Shown here one piece after another: positions 29,741 through 40,888 of a stretch of DNA of 64,000 nt. This DNA is from Longimicrobiales bacterium. GTDB taxonomy: Bacteria; Gemmatimonadota; Gemmatimonadetes; Longimicrobiales; Gaopeijiaceae. Below the pieces are notes generated by a model. The model did no database searches. It saw only the letters and a list, made by a program, of their open reading frames with translations, and was not told the DNA's origin. The DNA lies in assembly GCA_963664435.2 (NCBI GenBank), contig CAXXKM010000001.1, positions 1,408,001-1,472,000 on the forward strand. Direction: 5' to 3'. Every line of letters starts with the position of its first letter. Positions within the stretch are counted from its first letter, which is position 1. The position numbers were made by a program, and so were the translations under genes.

Positions 29741-30529
29741 TCAATTGAGCATTTCAGTTCGCACCGCGCCCAAACAGCGGCTCCACCAAGGGTCTGGCCA
29801 CTCCGGCGGCTGAACGTCTGGAAGCCCCCGGTCGATGTAGTACACGTACACGGTCTTCAACCGATCGAGACTGGTGATTCTCCGACACTCGGACCGGATA
29901 CCCAGCGTGTCACCTTCCATGGAGTAGTGGCTCCAAAGGGGGGTGTTCTGCAACATGTCCGACACCAACACGACGGAATCGAGGTCGTCATTTCGCTGAA
30001 TCAGACTCGCTAACGTTTCCACGATCGGGGATTGAGCGGCCTCTTCACGACTCACGAGTTCTCCGAACATTTCTTGCAGGGTTGCCAGAAACCGGCGGAA
30101 CTGAGCCTCGACATAGACCCGGTTCTCGTAGATCATGTTGGCGTCGGCACCTTCCTTCGGGATGCACCATGAACCGTAACTGCGCGCGACCCGGTCGTTC
30201 ACGGACTCCGGCAGCCCGTGGATGGACAGCCGCTGAAGCCACGGTGCCGAGTCCCTCGCCCAGCCATTGATCTTCTGAAACGCCAGTTCCGCATCCTCTG
30301 TCGGAATCTCGTTCGAGGTGTCAATCAGGATTGCCGTGTGCCCGGGTACCTCGATTCCCTCTCGCACCTGAGGATAGGTGCCTGTCGGACAGTAATCAGG
30401 AGGACGTACGATCAGTCCGTCGGCATACCATGCTCCGTACGCGATCACGCCGAGCACTCCGAACGACGCCAAGATGCCTAGGACCGCGAGCACGACCATC
30501 CAGGGTTTCAGTATGGACATCGTGATCAA
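29741..30529 (-). CDS. Membrane-anchored vWA-like hypothetical protein
   Basis: N-terminal TM helix; AILIDTS, SPIVETL and VLVSDMLQN form a MIDAS-like pattern. Confidence 0.7.
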   Translation of the reverse strand: MITMSILKPWMVVLAVLGILASFGVLGVIAYGAWYADGLIVRPPDYCPTGTYPQVREGIEVPGHTAILIDTSNEIPTEDAELAFQKINGWARDSAPWLQRLSIHGLPESVNDRVARSYGSWCIPKEGADANMIYENRVYVEAQFRRFLATLQEMFGELVSREEAAQSPIVETLASLIQRNDDLDSVVLVSDMLQNTPLWSHYSMEGDTLGIRSECRRITSLDRLKTVYVYYIDRGLPDVQPPEWPDPWWSRCLGAVRTEMLN

Positions 30530-32316
30530 CGCCGTGGCGTTGTGGGCGGCACCGCCTCGTGGTTGGATACAAGCTGCTCCGGCTCGCCGAGGACGAGTGG
30601 CTTGTAGTTGTTCCAGATAGCGGTGATCTTCTCGTTCGCCGCCGCAATTCGCTCATCGAACGTTGCCTGTCCAGACTTCCTCCACTCGGCGATCAATTCG
30701 CCCGCCTCATCCATCACCTGCGGGTCTGACGCTGTTACGGCGAGTGGCTCGGGGTACTTCTCGAGACGATGGGCCTCCACGCTCTGGAGGTCGATCTTGT
30801 CGGGATAGTTGCTGTTGTGGGCCACGATGAACGCGTACTCGACGGCGTCAGTGCATGCCTGTCTATTCTGCTCCTCTTTCAGCATCTCAAGCAGGGTTGT
30901 CACGTTGCGATGCTCTTGGTCAAGTGCTCTGTACCAATTGGCCACCTCGCCTCGCAAGTCACTCGTCAGTTTGCCGTGGTAGCGCTGCGGCAGCGAGGCG
31001 AACACGTTGAACAGTTGGCGGTGATGGGGAGACGCGGCTTCGGACACCCCATCAAGATTTACGGACTCGCTCTGGCCATCGTCTTCGCTTCCCTTGTTGA
31101 TCCCCTGGCCATCAGCTTTCGAGTCGTTCCCCTGCCCTCGTATGAAGATGAACCCCTTTGCAAACCCCAGGGCACAGAGCAGCATACCCAGCAGTGCAAA
31201 TAGCAACGCCTGGAACTCCCAGATGAGGGGATTGAACGATATCTCAGGGAGTAGGTCCCGAGCAGCCGGAACCGGGGCCGTCGGTGTTTGCCTGATCTGC
31301 TCGACTACTCGCGCATACGCTTCTCTGTGGCGGCCCGCGACGAGGTTGAACGCGAATGCGGATACCATCCAAGATCCCCAGGCAGTCCGGTACAACCAGC
31401 GTCCCGTGTCGCCGAATCGACGATGCAGCCAGGACAGGAACAGCCCCGCGCTGATCCCGAATCCCCCGACGTTGACGACCGAAACGAGGACTGCCAGGAG
31501 GAAGGCTGCCAACGCCCCACCTGGCAGCGCATCCATGAGTAGCCCGATGTTCGCCGCAGCCTCAATCATGACGAAGACAGCGAAGACTGCAATTAGCCCG
31601 AGCCAGCGCGTCCAGTGCACTTTCGAGCCATCGTCGCCCGGATTCGTGTGTGCCGAAGCGGGCTCGTGTCCCGGTTCCGGGTCTCTAGGAGAAGATCCGT
31701 CAGTCGCGCCTACCAAGGCTAAGCTACCCAGCGGTTGTCCCCATTTCCGACACAGCTCTAACTGCTTCAACTCCTCTTCCGCCCTACGGACCATCTCGTT
31801 CGGACCCTGAGACTGGCTAGAGCCGCCCGGTCCAAGTGGATCGCTCAGCTTGGCCCGGAGGTTGCCCAGGCTAAGGTCAACGTATTCTTGGAGATCCAGC
31901 CGCAAGCTGGCCAGCACGCCGTGGTGCGCCGACTTCCATTCTCCGTTGGTCTCGACGCCGGCCCTGGTACCCCGCTGGGCCAAGAGTTCGGGATCGAGCG
32001 GCCGACGGCCCCTCATTCGAAGCAGTCGGTTGATGAGGTCGCTGGCCTCCCGTTTGCTACCGATCCCGGAGGGGTCGCCACCCAGAACCTTGATGTACCT
32101 GAGTTGCCGTTCCGTGGCAGAGTGATGATCCCAGTTTCCTTGCGAGGGAACCGCATCAGGCACGGCAGGTCGATCCTCGGACGGGGAAACCGTGGCCATG
32201 CTGTCTTCGAGCACCCTGTTATCCGCGCCCTCGTGGAGAGCTTCGTCGGGTGGCCCCCCATTTCTCCACAAGACTCGGCGGATGTTGGACATCGCTCGCT
32301 TGGTTGCCTGCACCAT
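30526..32316 (-). CDS. Multi-pass membrane protein with helical soluble domains
   Basis: Four hydrophobic helices in the middle; N-terminal ATERQLRYIKVLG...SKREASDLINRL (DUF3072-like); 4-nt overlap with the vWA-like gene. Confidence 0.75.
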   Translation of the reverse strand: MVQATKRAMSNIRRVLWRNGGPPDEALHEGADNRVLEDSMATVSPSEDRPAVPDAVPSQGNWDHHSATERQLRYIKVLGGDPSGIGSKREASDLINRLLRMRGRRPLDPELLAQRGTRAGVETNGEWKSAHHGVLASLRLDLQEYVDLSLGNLRAKLSDPLGPGGSSQSQGPNEMVRRAEEELKQLELCRKWGQPLGSLALVGATDGSSPRDPEPGHEPASAHTNPGDDGSKVHWTRWLGLIAVFAVFVMIEAAANIGLLMDALPGGALAAFLLAVLVSVVNVGGFGISAGLFLSWLHRRFGDTGRWLYRTAWGSWMVSAFAFNLVAGRHREAYARVVEQIRQTPTAPVPAARDLLPEISFNPLIWEFQALLFALLGMLLCALGFAKGFIFIRGQGNDSKADGQGINKGSEDDGQSESVNLDGVSEAASPHHRQLFNVFASLPQRYHGKLTSDLRGEVANWYRALDQEHRNVTTLLEMLKEEQNRQACTDAVEYAFIVAHNSNYPDKIDLQSVEAHRLEKYPEPLAVTASDPQVMDEAGELIAEWRKSGQATFDERIAAANEKITAIWNNYKPLVLGEPEQLVSNHEAVPPTTPRR

Positions 32317-33045
32317 TATAGACACCTTCCTGTGACCGTATCCTGCGTGAATTATCTTGGTCGGGCAGTAATCATCTTGGGGGCCAAGGCGCGGTGTCAA
32401 GCGAAATGCGGGAAGACGTCACCCCGAAAGCTGGCGCGAAAACGCGCTCGCGCGGCCAGCCTGCGGGCGTCTACGGCATCGGTCTCGTTGGGCTGGCCGT
32501 CGCGGCGCCGGGAGGAGATCGCCGGAAGGATGGACGGGGCCGCCTTGCGGCAGGAAGAGAGCGGGGGAGTTCGGAAGTCCCTCGTCATGCCACAAAGCGA
32601 CTAGTCGGTAAGTTGGTCAGCGTCCGAGGAAGTACTTGGAGGCCGTACGGCCGGTGGACGGCCGACAAGCTGCTCCCGCTGCGGGACGCACTCCAGCCGT
32701 TTCTGGACCAACTGACGCGGGTCGAGCGCCCCGCGCCCGACAACGTGGCAGGTGCCGATTGACCCGTTCCAAGCACTTGCCGGGAGTTGAGTCAAGAGGA
32801 CGATATGAGTGAGGCCAAGTCCCACGAGAATACCCGCCAAGCGATACCGTTTCCCCGGCTATCGTGACGCGGTGCAGTCAGATGCCGGCCAACAGCGAGA
32901 ATGGCAGATCGTGCAGTCCCAATTGACTTTAGACGATTTCTCGCCGTGATTTACGCCGCCAGCGATCCGCCGTTACGTCAGGCTCATTGAGCGACCTTGG
33001 ATCTCGCGTCGTCGCCGTCCAGCAATGGCAGGCCTGCACCCCCCC

Positions 33046-35562
33046 CTACCCCAACTCCTCCAGCACCCGCTCCGGCCGTAACGGCAGCCTCCGCATCCGC
33101 ACCCCCGTCGCATCGAAAACCGCGTTCGCAATAGCAGCCGGCACCGGCCGATGCGACGGTTCCCCAGCCCCATAAGGCCGCAGATCCGGGCGGTCGGGGT
33201 TCGGGTCGCCGTTCACCATCACGACGTCGATGCGCTCGGGCGCGTCCATGTGCGTGAGGGTCGGGTGGGTGCGCCAGTCCACGCTGGTGACCTTCTCGCT
33301 ATCGAAGCGGACTTCCTCGTAGAGCGTCCGGCTGATCCCGTGCAGGAGGTTGCCCTGGATGGTGCTCTCGAGGCTGTTCGGATTGATCACCAGGCCGCAG
33401 TCGTGGGCGCACACCATCCGCCGGACCCACACCCGCCCGGTCTCACGGTCGACCTCGACTTCGGCGATCACGGCGATCGTCGTGCGGGCGCGATAAGCGT
33501 ACGCGATACCCCGCCCCGTCAGCACGCGCCCGCTCCCCACCGTCCCGGGTGACGGGCGCGCGTCCCACCCGTACGCCTCCGCCGCGGCCTCGACCACGGC
33601 GATCGAGCGCGCACGGCGGAAGGCCTCGTCGTCGTCGGTCGCCCCGCGCAGCAGACGCAACCGGAACTCGACCGGATCGGCGTTCGCGGCCGCGGCCAGC
33701 TCGTCGATGAACGACTCGCCGGCGAAGGTCGTCTGCGGGCCGTTGGGGTCGCGCAGGTTGCCGGTCCGGAGCGGCGTCTCGAAGGCCAGCGGGAAGCGGA
33801 CCGCCCGCGTTTCCTGGCGCCGATTCGGGATGTAATACATCTCGTCGGGGCCGCGCGCGCCGCCCGGGGACGGCCGCTCGGGCCGGAAGCCCATCAGCTG
33901 CGCGATCAGCACGGTGCGGGCCTGGTTGTATCCCACGTGGGCGTAGTTGGCGATCCGGCCCTGATAGTCCAGCGCGACCACGTTCCCATCTGGATCCAGC
34001 CCTCCTCGCAGGTCGATCGCGAACGCCGGGCCCTTGGTGTCCCAGGCCGTCTCATCGTGTCGCATCCACTGCACCCGCACCGGACGGCCCAGCTCCCTGG
34101 CCAGGTACGCGGCCTCGAAACCCGCGTCGTCCGCCGCCGTGCGCCCGTAGAGCTGCGGCCCTTCCATCCAGATCACCCGCACCTGCTCCGGATCCATCCC
34201 CAGGAACTCGGCGATCCCGGTCCGGTGGCTGTAGGGCTTCATGTCGTTGGTGTAGATGGTCATCTGGCCGTCCGAGGGGTCGGCCAGGGCGTGGGCGGGA
34301 CCGATGGCTGTGTGCCCATGGAAGGGGATGTCATACGCAGCTTCGACGACGGTCGCGGCGTTCGCGAGCGCCCCGTCGGGATCCCCCTGCGTCTGCGCCG
34401 CCCCGCGTCCTCCCGAGCCCGGCACTCGCTCCGCGCTCCGCATGTAGTCGAAGAGGTCGTCGGATGCCGGGAAGGGCGCCGAGGCCGGCTTCTCCCACTC
34501 GACCACCAGGCGTTCGGCGGCCTCGATCGCATGCTCCTCGCGCTCGCACACCACAGCGACATAGTTGCCCTCGCTGACCACCCGGATGAGGCCGGGCACG
34601 TCGCGCACCGACGACTCGTCGATGCCCACCAGCGTCGCTCCCGCGAAGGGCGGGCGCACATGCCGCGCGTGCACCATCCCCGGGACCCTCACGTCGACGG
34701 CCCACTCGAGCGTCGCATCGACCTTGCCCGGGATGTCGTAGCGCGGGATCGACTGGCCGACCAGCTTCAGGTCCTGCACGGGCTTGATGCTCGCGACACC
34801 GGTGGTCGCGTTGATGTTGCCTCCGGTCAGCGCGACATCGAAGCGCCGTCCACCGATCAGTTCGCCGTAACTCACGGTCCGCGAGGCATCGTCGCGCAGC
34901 GAGATCACACCCTCGCTCACGCCGAGCGCCTCCACGGGGACGCCCAAGCGCTCCGACGCCATCTCCAGGAGCACGCGCCGGGCCTCCGCCGCGATCCGGC
35001 GACCCACCATGGCGTCGCGCTCGATCGCATCCGAGCCACCCGAGCCACCCTGGTCCACGGTCATGTCTGTGCGGCCCATGACCACCGTCGCCTGGTCGAA
35101 GGCGATGTCGAGCTCGTCGCACATCATCTGCTGCGTGGCGGTGCCGGTCCCCTGTCCGCCATCGGTCTTGCCCACGTAGAAGGTCGCGGTGCCGTCCTCG
35201 TGCACGACCAGCCACGAGTCGAGCGCGAGGAAGTCGGGATCGGGATAGGACGCGGGCTCGGACGATTCATCCCCGGAGGGCTCGGCCCCAAAGCCCCATC
35301 GGCCCGCCCCGGCCACTCCCACGCCGCTCAGGCCGAAGACGAACAGCCCGGACGTTTTGAGGAAGTCCCGCCGGGACGTGGTGCCGCCCCAGCGGGCTAC
35401 TGCCTCGTCGAACAAGGGAGAAGACTGACGGTCGCCATTCACTGGTGTCCGTCTCATTCGCTCATCATGCCGCCCGGCGCGCGGCCCACGCTGCGCGCGG
35501 CCATCGGGTTCGCCATCCGACGGCATCCGTCCGTTTCGCTCATCACGCCGCCCGGCGCTCAT
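33046..35562 (-). CDS. Xanthine dehydrogenase family molybdopterin-binding subunit (IorB-like), Tat-exported
   Basis: SRRDFLK Tat motif; GKTDGGQG, DQGGSGGS, AHDCGLVINP, GAGEP...AIANAVFDATGVRMRRLP. Confidence 0.92.
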   Translation of the reverse strand: MSAGRRDERNGRMPSDGEPDGRAQRGPRAGRHDERMRRTPVNGDRQSSPLFDEAVARWGGTTSRRDFLKTSGLFVFGLSGVGVAGAGRWGFGAEPSGDESSEPASYPDPDFLALDSWLVVHEDGTATFYVGKTDGGQGTGTATQQMMCDELDIAFDQATVVMGRTDMTVDQGGSGGSDAIERDAMVGRRIAAEARRVLLEMASERLGVPVEALGVSEGVISLRDDASRTVSYGELIGGRRFDVALTGGNINATTGVASIKPVQDLKLVGQSIPRYDIPGKVDATLEWAVDVRVPGMVHARHVRPPFAGATLVGIDESSVRDVPGLIRVVSEGNYVAVVCEREEHAIEAAERLVVEWEKPASAPFPASDDLFDYMRSAERVPGSGGRGAAQTQGDPDGALANAATVVEAAYDIPFHGHTAIGPAHALADPSDGQMTIYTNDMKPYSHRTGIAEFLGMDPEQVRVIWMEGPQLYGRTAADDAGFEAAYLARELGRPVRVQWMRHDETAWDTKGPAFAIDLRGGLDPDGNVVALDYQGRIANYAHVGYNQARTVLIAQLMGFRPERPSPGGARGPDEMYYIPNRRQETRAVRFPLAFETPLRTGNLRDPNGPQTTFAGESFIDELAAAANADPVEFRLRLLRGATDDDEAFRRARSIAVVEAAAEAYGWDARPSPGTVGSGRVLTGRGIAYAYRARTTIAVIAEVEVDRETGRVWVRRMVCAHDCGLVINPNSLESTIQGNLLHGISRTLYEEVRFDSEKVTSVDWRTHPTLTHMDAPERIDVVMVNGDPNPDRPDLRPYGAGEPSHRPVPAAIANAVFDATGVRMRRLPLRPERVLEELG

Positions 35563-36038
35563 CGGTCCACCTCCCCTTCGGCCATCGCTTCGGCCGCGCG
35601 CTTCACCGCCGACTGGATCCGGTAGTAGGTCATGCAGCGGCAGAGGACCCGGTTCATGCCCTCCCGGATTTCGTCGTCGCTCGGGCTGGGGCTGTAGCTC
35701 AGCAGCGCCGCGGCGGTGAGGATCTGCCCGTTCTGGCAGTACCCGCACTGCGGCACCTGCTCGTCGATCCATGCCTGCTGCACCGGATGCAGCTCCCCGT
35801 TCTCGGGCAGCCCCTCCAGCGTCGTGATCTCTCCCGTCGAGCGCGAAACCGGCCGGTTGCACGAACGGATCGCGCGTCCGTCCATGAGCACCGTGCACGT
35901 CCCGCACTGGGCCAGCCCGCAGCCGAAGCGCGGTCCGCGCAGCCCGAGATCGTTGCGCAGCACATACAGCAACGGTGTCGACGGATCGACATCGAGCGTA
36001 TGCGTCTCGCCGTTTACCCTGAGCGTGATCTCGCTCAT
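35559..36038 (-). CDS. (2Fe-2S)-binding small subunit (IorA-like)
   Basis: GCGLAQCGTCTV, QCGYCQNG, LCRC. Confidence 0.95.
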   Translation of the reverse strand: MSEITLRVNGETHTLDVDPSTPLLYVLRNDLGLRGPRFGCGLAQCGTCTVLMDGRAIRSCNRPVSRSTGEITTLEGLPENGELHPVQQAWIDEQVPQCGYCQNGQILTAAALLSYSPSPSDDEIREGMNRVLCRCMTYYRIQSAVKRAAEAMAEGEVDR

Positions 36039-36314
36039 CGATGCATCCCCCTTCACCTCGTTGCAGCCGCGCAACGCGCGCGTAGAGTGGAAATTGCCCT
36101 GGTGGCGCGATCACCGCCACCTGCGAATCCGCGACCCGGCCATTCGTCCCATTCCGCCATTCTTCCGCCCGCCGGAATCAAGAGATTGGAGAAAGCCCAA
36201 GCGCCGATCCCACTTGGGCGCTTAACTGCATCCATCTCGGGGCTTGGGTGGATGTCGGGGGTAACAGACTCACAATGTTGCTGCGGAGGATGGTGCCGGT
36301 ACATGTTTGATGCC

Positions 36315-36803
36315 ATGGATACGACCGGACTTGATACGCTCAAGGCGACGAGAACACTCGAGGCGGCAGGCTTCGAGACATCCCAGGCCGAGGCCCTTGT
36401 GTCGGTGTTCGGTGGACCGGTCGCCGGCAGTGCCGCCACGAAGAGCGATGTCCGGGACCTTCGATCTGAACTGAAGACGGAGATCAAGGATCTCCGGACG
36501 GAACTGAAGGCGGAGATCGGTCAGGTGCGAGATGAAGTGAAGGCGGAGATCGGTCAGCTGCGGGATGACGTGAAGGTAGACATCGGTCAGCTGCGGGATG
36601 ACGTGAAGGTAGACATCGGTCAGCTACGGGATGACGTGAAGGTAGAGTCGACCGAGCGCAGGGCAGATGTCACGAGGCTCAGCCGTGAGATTGCCGATGT
36701 GCGCGGGGACATCAAGAACCTGAAGGCGCAGACGTACCGTTTGCTGCTGGTGCAGGCAACTGTGATCGTTGGGCTAATCGTCGGGTTGCAGCGGCTGCTC
36801 TGA
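36315..36803 (+). CDS. DUF1640/CCDC90-like coiled-coil protein with C-terminal TM anchor (paralog 1)
   Basis: DTLKATRTLEAAGFETSQAEAL...ATKSD head/neck; 11-aa (33-bp) repeats at about 36471-36647; hydrophobic tail. Confidence 0.85.
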   Translation: MDTTGLDTLKATRTLEAAGFETSQAEALVSVFGGPVAGSAATKSDVRDLRSELKTEIKDLRTELKAEIGQVRDEVKAEIGQLRDDVKVDIGQLRDDVKVDIGQLRDDVKVESTERRADVTRLSREIADVRGDIKNLKAQTYRLLLVQATVIVGLIVGLQRLL

Positions 36804-36849
36804 CGGCGCACATCCGCGAGCCCGGCTCGCGACCCGATCTGGAGGCAGC

Positions 36850-39800
36850 ATGGACGTCAGTGTTCCTTCGCCGGTCATTCGAGTTCCGCTTCTCGCCCTC
36901 CCATTGCTGTGCGCAATGTCCCTCGCCGCGATACCCGCCCACCTCACCGCCCAATCCCCCATCTCCCTCCTCCCTCCCATGGAGTGGCGCTCCATCGGAC
37001 CCGACCGTGGCGGACGCTCCATCGCGGTCGCGGGCCACCCGGACCGCCCCTTCGAGTACTACTTCGGCGCGACGGGCGGAGGCCTCTTCAAGACCACCGA
37101 CGGCGGATCCACCTGGAACCCGGTAACCGACGGCCAGGTCGGCAGCGCCTCGGTGGGCGCGGTCGCGATGGCGCCGTCCAACCCCGACATCGTCTACATC
37201 GGCATGGGCGAGGTGCAGCTGCGCGCCAACGTCCTCCAGGGCGACGGCATCTACCGTTCGGAAGACGGCGGCAAGAGCTGGCGGCACCTCGGCCTCGCCG
37301 AGACCCACGCCATCGGGCGCATCCGCATCCACCCCACCGACCCCGACCGCGCGTACGTGGCGGCGCTCGGCCATCCCTTCGGGCCCAATCCCGAGCGCGG
37401 AGTCTTCCGCACCACCGACGGCGGCAGGACCTGGGAGAAGGTCCTCTACCGCGACGAGCAAACCGGGGCCGTCGATCTGGTCATGGACCCGAGCGATCCG
37501 GACGTGCTGTACGCGACGCTCTGGCAGGTGTACCGGAAGCCGTGGCGCCTTTGGAGCGGCGGCGAGGGGTCGGGGATCTTCAAGTCCACCGACGGCGGCG
37601 ACACCTGGAGCGAGATCACGCGCAATCCGGGCCTTCCGGACGGCGTCCTCGGCAAGATCACGATCACCGTCTCCGGCACGGACCCCAACCGGGTGTGGGC
37701 GAACCTCGAGGCCGAGCAGGGCGGGCTCTACCGGTCCGACGACAGCGGCCGGTCCTGGGAGTTCATCAACGGCCACCGCGACATCTGGCAGCGCGCCTTC
37801 TACTTCCAGCGCCTTGAGTCGGACCCGGTCGACCGCAACACGCTCTACATCCTCAACTTCCGGCTCATGCGCTCGACCGACGGAGGGAAGACGCTCGAGA
37901 GCGTGCCCGAGACCCACGCCGACCATCACGACCTGTGGATCGATCCCACCAACCCGCAGCGCATGATCAACGGCAACGACGGCGGCGGTGTGGTCACGGT
38001 GAACGGGGGCCGGACCTGGACCTCGATGCGGTATCCGACGGCGCAGATCTATCGCCTGACGACGACCTCGGACTTCCCCTACCACGTGTGCGGCGCGCAG
38101 CAGGACAACTCCACCGCGTGCGTGTCGTCCGAGCCGGGGCATCTGCGGAACCCCCGCGGCCCGAGCACGGAGTGGATGTACGCGGTGGGCGGAGGCGAGA
38201 TGGGCTACATCGCGCAGCACCCCGGCGACCCCGACATCTTCTACGCCGGCGCGACCAACACCCTCACGCGCTACGATCGGGCAACAGGCATGGTCACGGA
38301 CATCCAGCCCTGGCCGCGAATCGTCATGGGCGAGCCCGCGCGCGACATGCCCGAGCGATGGAACTGGACCTACCCCATCGCCGTGGCACCGATGGCGCCG
38401 CATGCGCTCTACGTCGGATCGCAGCACCTGTGGAGGTCTCTCGACGATGGCAAGTCGTGGGAGAAGATCAGCCCCGATCTGACGCGTGCGGAGCCCGAGA
38501 CGCTCGACGACTCCGGCGGCCCAATCGTGATGGACCAGGACGGGCCGGAGATATACGGCACGCTGTATGCGATCACGCCTTCGCCACATGAGGCGGGCAC
38601 GATCTGGACGGGATCCGATGACGGCCTCGTACACGTAACACGCGACGGCGGCGGCAGTTGGCGCGACGTTACCCCTCCTGACATGCCCCCGCACACGCGG
38701 GTCATGACGGTGGAGGTCTCCCCGCACGGCCCGGCGAGCGCGCATGTAGCCGGGATCCGGTACGAGATGGACGACCGGGCGCCGTACGCATGGACGACCG
38801 ACGACTACGGCGCGACCTGGACGCGCATCAGCGACGGCATTCCCAATGGCGCGTTCGTGCGCGTGGTGCGGGAGGACCCGAAGCGCGCCGGGCTCCTGTA
38901 CGCGGGCACCGAGCACGGCGTGTTCGTTTCCTTCGATGGCGGTTCGAGCTGGAGCGACCTGTCGTTCGAGCTTCCTGACACACCCGTGACAGGGCTCTCG
39001 GCCAAGGAGCGGGACCTGGTGATCAGCACCCACGGCCGCTCCTTCTGGATGCTCGACGACATCGAGACGCTGCGCCAGCTCGACGCGGAGATCGCAGCCT
39101 CGGACGTGCACCTCTTCCAGCCCGCCGACGCGATCCGGCGGTCGGTCCCCGCCGTCATCGACTTCCGGGTGGGCGGTCGGGGGACACGCGCGCGGCTCGA
39201 CATCCTGACGGACGCCGGAGAGCACGTGCGCACCCTGGTCGACGAGACCGTGAGCGAGGGCACCCAACGGGCCCGCTGGAACCTCCGCTACCCCGGCGCG
39301 GTGACCTTCGAGGGCATCGTCCTGGAGAGCGGCAACCCGGCCGTAGGACCGTGGGGGCCGCCGGGCCGCTATCGGGCGCGGCTGACCGTAGACGGCACAA
39401 GCCGGGAGGCCTCCTTCGATGTGCATCCGGACCCGAGACTCGGCGACATCCCCACCGCCGCGTTCACCGAGCAGTTCCGCCTGGCCATGGCGATTCGCGA
39501 CGCCGAGAGCCGGGCGAACACGAGCGTGCTGCTGGCGCGCGATCTCCGCACCCAGGTCGACGCAGCCATCGCCGAGACCGATGACACCGGCCTCCGGGAG
39601 GAGGCATCCCGCTTCGCGGCCGGCCTCGAGGCCGCCGCGGGCGAACTCTACCAGCTCCGGAACCAGAGCCCGAAGGACAAGATCGCCTTCCCGATCAAGC
39701 TGAACGACCGCCTGACCGGCCTGCGCAGCCACCTGGAACGCGGAGACGGCACGCCCATCGACGCGTACCAGGCGGTCTTCGACGAGCTGTCCGGGGAGCT

Positions 39801-39924
39801 GGACATGCACCTGCGCACTCTCGAGCGAATGCTCAGCGACGACTTGCCCCGCCTGAACCGACGGCTTGCGGAAGCAGGACTCCCGCAGATCGTCGTCAAG
39901 GATGCGTTGGTTGCGGATGGTTGA
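36850..39924 (+). CDS. Secreted BNR/Asp-box (VPS10-like) glycosyl hydrolase, paralog of 20201..23461
   Basis: WRSIGPDRGGRSIAVAG; multiple Asp-boxes; GGAGG RBS. Confidence 0.92.
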   Translation: MDVSVPSPVIRVPLLALPLLCAMSLAAIPAHLTAQSPISLLPPMEWRSIGPDRGGRSIAVAGHPDRPFEYYFGATGGGLFKTTDGGSTWNPVTDGQVGSASVGAVAMAPSNPDIVYIGMGEVQLRANVLQGDGIYRSEDGGKSWRHLGLAETHAIGRIRIHPTDPDRAYVAALGHPFGPNPERGVFRTTDGGRTWEKVLYRDEQTGAVDLVMDPSDPDVLYATLWQVYRKPWRLWSGGEGSGIFKSTDGGDTWSEITRNPGLPDGVLGKITITVSGTDPNRVWANLEAEQGGLYRSDDSGRSWEFINGHRDIWQRAFYFQRLESDPVDRNTLYILNFRLMRSTDGGKTLESVPETHADHHDLWIDPTNPQRMINGNDGGGVVTVNGGRTWTSMRYPTAQIYRLTTTSDFPYHVCGAQQDNSTACVSSEPGHLRNPRGPSTEWMYAVGGGEMGYIAQHPGDPDIFYAGATNTLTRYDRATGMVTDIQPWPRIVMGEPARDMPERWNWTYPIAVAPMAPHALYVGSQHLWRSLDDGKSWEKISPDLTRAEPETLDDSGGPIVMDQDGPEIYGTLYAITPSPHEAGTIWTGSDDGLVHVTRDGGGSWRDVTPPDMPPHTRVMTVEVSPHGPASAHVAGIRYEMDDRAPYAWTTDDYGATWTRISDGIPNGAFVRVVREDPKRAGLLYAGTEHGVFVSFDGGSSWSDLSFELPDTPVTGLSAKERDLVISTHGRSFWMLDDIETLRQLDAEIAASDVHLFQPADAIRRSVPAVIDFRVGGRGTRARLDILTDAGEHVRTLVDETVSEGTQRARWNLRYPGAVTFEGIVLESGNPAVGPWGPPGRYRARLTVDGTSREASFDVHPDPRLGDIPTAAFTEQFRLAMAIRDAESRANTSVLLARDLRTQVDAAIAETDDTGLREEASRFAAGLEAAAGELYQLRNQSPKDKIAFPIKLNDRLTGLRSHLERGDGTPIDAYQAVFDELSGELDMHLRTLERMLSDDLPRLNRRLAEAGLPQIVVKDALVADG

Positions 39925-40202
39925 GCGATATCGATCCGAGTAGGAACTCGGTCTCGTACCTCCTGGGGGATCCTGACTGCCGCTGCCCTCGCGCTCGACT
40001 TCGCCGCGGGGGACTTGGCCAAGTGGGCCGGGTATGTAGAGAACCGCGACGGCAGTCCGGCGATGAATGCCGCGCGCGGTCGCTCTCGTCGGCGCCTTTG
40101 AGCCCATAGTCGAGGAAAGAGGAGAGCAGTCGTTTGCGGGTGAGGCTCGGCTCGGACAAATCGGGTCACGGCCAGAACGCGGTGATCCCCAGGGAGGTCG
40201 CC

Positions 40203-40700
40203 ATGAAGAACTCGCATCCCACCCTCTTGTTTGCTTCAATCGTCGTTCTCTGCACGGCGTGCGAGTCGGCTCCGGAGGCGGCGACGGTGATGCGCATGGA
40301 CCCGGAGGCCACCTCGAACGCCCCGCTCACCGGCATCAACTCGATCGCGCTGGCCGACGAGAGTACTGCGTGCGTGATCGAGTCCTATGAAGACCGCATC
40401 CATTGCTTGGGCCCGAACGGACAAGAGGTGGGAGCTTTTGGAAGACCGGGCGAAGGTCCGGGCGAATTCCGCAGTCTCATGGACGTGGTCGGCGGGCCGA
40501 ACGGCACCATCGGTGCCATCGACTGGGGTTTGGCCCGAATGACCGTCTTTCAAACGACAGGCACGCTGGTTTCTGAAGTCAGTCTTCCCTTCTTTGGGCC
40601 CTTCAGGGCGAGGGCACCTTTCGATTCCGTTCTGTTCGGCTACGGCATGGCAAACCGCTCCGGCGACTTGTCAGTTGGGTTGCCCGGACCGGGCGGTTAA
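40203..40700 (+). pseudogene. Truncated 6-bladed beta-propeller lipoprotein
   Basis: Lipobox CTAC; FGRPGEGPGEF motif; only 165 aa, too short for a full propeller. Confidence 0.6.
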
Positions 40701-40888
40701 CTGGTACGACATCGGCGGATTGGAGTTCGGCGGCTAGAGGGCAACGGGCTCGCGAGCGACGTCGGTATTCGCACCCGCATGCCGGCAAAGCCACAGCAGC
40801 GCTCCGCCAACTCCGGGATCCTCTTTGGCCTATTGCCGTATTCCTACTCAGGAACACCTGTTCTCGCCCCCACAAGCCGGAACCCTCA

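Noticed and set aside
32394..32762. 122-aa plus-strand ORF
   Set aside because: No recognisable motif or RBS; cannot be supported
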